DNA of 64,000 nt, from positions 12,041,175 through 12,105,174 of the forward strand of contig MU056000.1 in assembly GCA_013239625.1 (NCBI GenBank), in the 5' to 3' direction. Within the stretch, counting starts at the first letter, position 1, and each line of letters opens with the position of its first letter. This document shows positions 62,995-64,000 of this stretch, piece by piece. The translations under genes were made by a program, and so were the position numbers. The notes under the pieces were generated by a model. It had not been told where the DNA came from and searched no databases. It worked only from the letters and a program-made list of their open reading frames with translations. The DNA is from Lama guanicoe. Its lineage: Eukaryota.

Positions 62995-63050
62995 CTGTCG
63001 GGGCTGTCTGAGGCGCACACAGAATCGATCAGCCCTACATCCAAAGTGCC
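62995..63050 (-). CDS. MYO10: Myosin-X short exon (PH region)
   Basis: Manual translation GTLDVGLIDSVCASDSPD(R); 56 nt; CAG/GTAAG; phases fit. Confidence 0.93.
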
Positions 63051-63756
63051 CTGGAAAAGAGCGAAAGCAGAGAAGCTGAGAGAACCACTCAAGGACAGTG
63101 CACAGCATGGTAACACCCCTAGATTACGACTCTGTAAACAGGCAAACAAAAAAGACTCCTTTTTGTGTCAACTGCAAAGTAATAGTTACTTTGCAAATGG
63201 CCCCCCCGACTGTTACTTAGTACCAACGGCCTCTAGACAGGGCAATATACACTTCACTCATTAAGTAAATTGTAAATGAATCTGTCTTGTTCTTAAAATT
63301 CTTTCAGCAAAGGGTGTTTACGAACCTCTTTCAATCATATATATTTTCTGATCTACACTACGATCTATCTTGAACTTTTATACTGATGAGAAAATAAAAT
63401 TATTTCTAAAATAGATTTTGTGACTGGATATGTGTCTGAGATGGAGTGATGACAGAAGATTATGATTTAGAATTCACTAAATCCTTTGAAGGAAAGTATA
63501 ATGTGCTTCCCCAGTTTCATAAAGATTGGGATTTTTTGTTTGGCTCTTTGGTTTGAGGTGGAAGAATTGTCATCTATTATGATTTATAATCTTCTGTAAT
63601 TTACTCCATTTTTCTGCATGATCTTTAACCACAATATTCCTGTTTCTGTCTTTAATTATTATGCTATTACTTCTTCTTTTAAAAAAATTGTCCAGATATT
63701 TCCAGTCCCCTCCCCCTCCTCGGGACGCCCCCTCCCCACCACCGATGCTCACGCAC

Positions 63757-63850
63757 CACGGCGTTTTGCGGGTTTGCCTGCTCATCGTGCATCTCCCGAA
63801 TCTCCTGGTCCGTGGACGCGTGGACCTGACTCAGCACGCTGAACCACTGG
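63757..63850 (-). CDS. MYO10: Myosin-X exon (end of PH2); gene continues beyond the window end
   Basis: Manual translation QWFSVLSQVHASTDQEIREMHDEQANPQNAV; 94 nt; CAG acceptor, GTGCGT donor. Confidence 0.93.
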
Positions 63851-64000
63851 CTGTGGGGAGGAGAGAGCAGCTGTCAAGAGTGGCCCTCTTCTGCATGTGT
63901 GAAACAGTGATGCCCTTCTCCACGCTCTCTGGGAAAAGGACATCTCCTCTGGGCAGCTTTGCTTTTAATTTGCCTACTCCTCATGGGTAAACTTGGGTTT

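Noticed and set aside
1..64000. CRISPR arrays, operons, prokaryotic defence systems or intact viral genes
   Set aside because: The sequence is clearly intron-containing mammalian DNA. No regularly spaced repeat array or intact gag/pol/env ORF was seen.

Overview
Mammalian genomic DNA, most likely from a camelid, judging by three tRNA-Ala-derived vic-1-type SINEs and artiodactyl-type L1 3' ends. Two protein-coding genes lie in tandem on the minus strand. (1) The 3' part of MYO10: 13 coding exons at 49644-63850 that splice in frame with GT-AG boundaries into 759 complete codons plus stop (PH-MyTH4-FERM tail), followed by a 3' UTR with AATAAA signals near 48290 and 48525. (2) The CpG-island promoter and first coding exon of RETREG1/FAM134B (ATG at 27232, donor after 26916); 1-26915 is inferred to be its first intron. 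The rest is intronic or intergenic sequence with many L1, L2, MaLR/ERVL LTR and hAT remnants. I found no credible new biological system. The most interesting local observations are a pure (GCG)8 polyalanine tract in RETREG1 exon 1, a 5'-inverted L1 with a large internal deletion, an old ~230-bp local duplication, a candidate L1 3' transduction, a 58-nt L1 stub with a 19-bp TSD near the RETREG1 promoter, and miRNA seed, G4 and CTCF motifs at the MYO10 3' end. Comparisons with human sequences and repeat families are from memory, not from searches.
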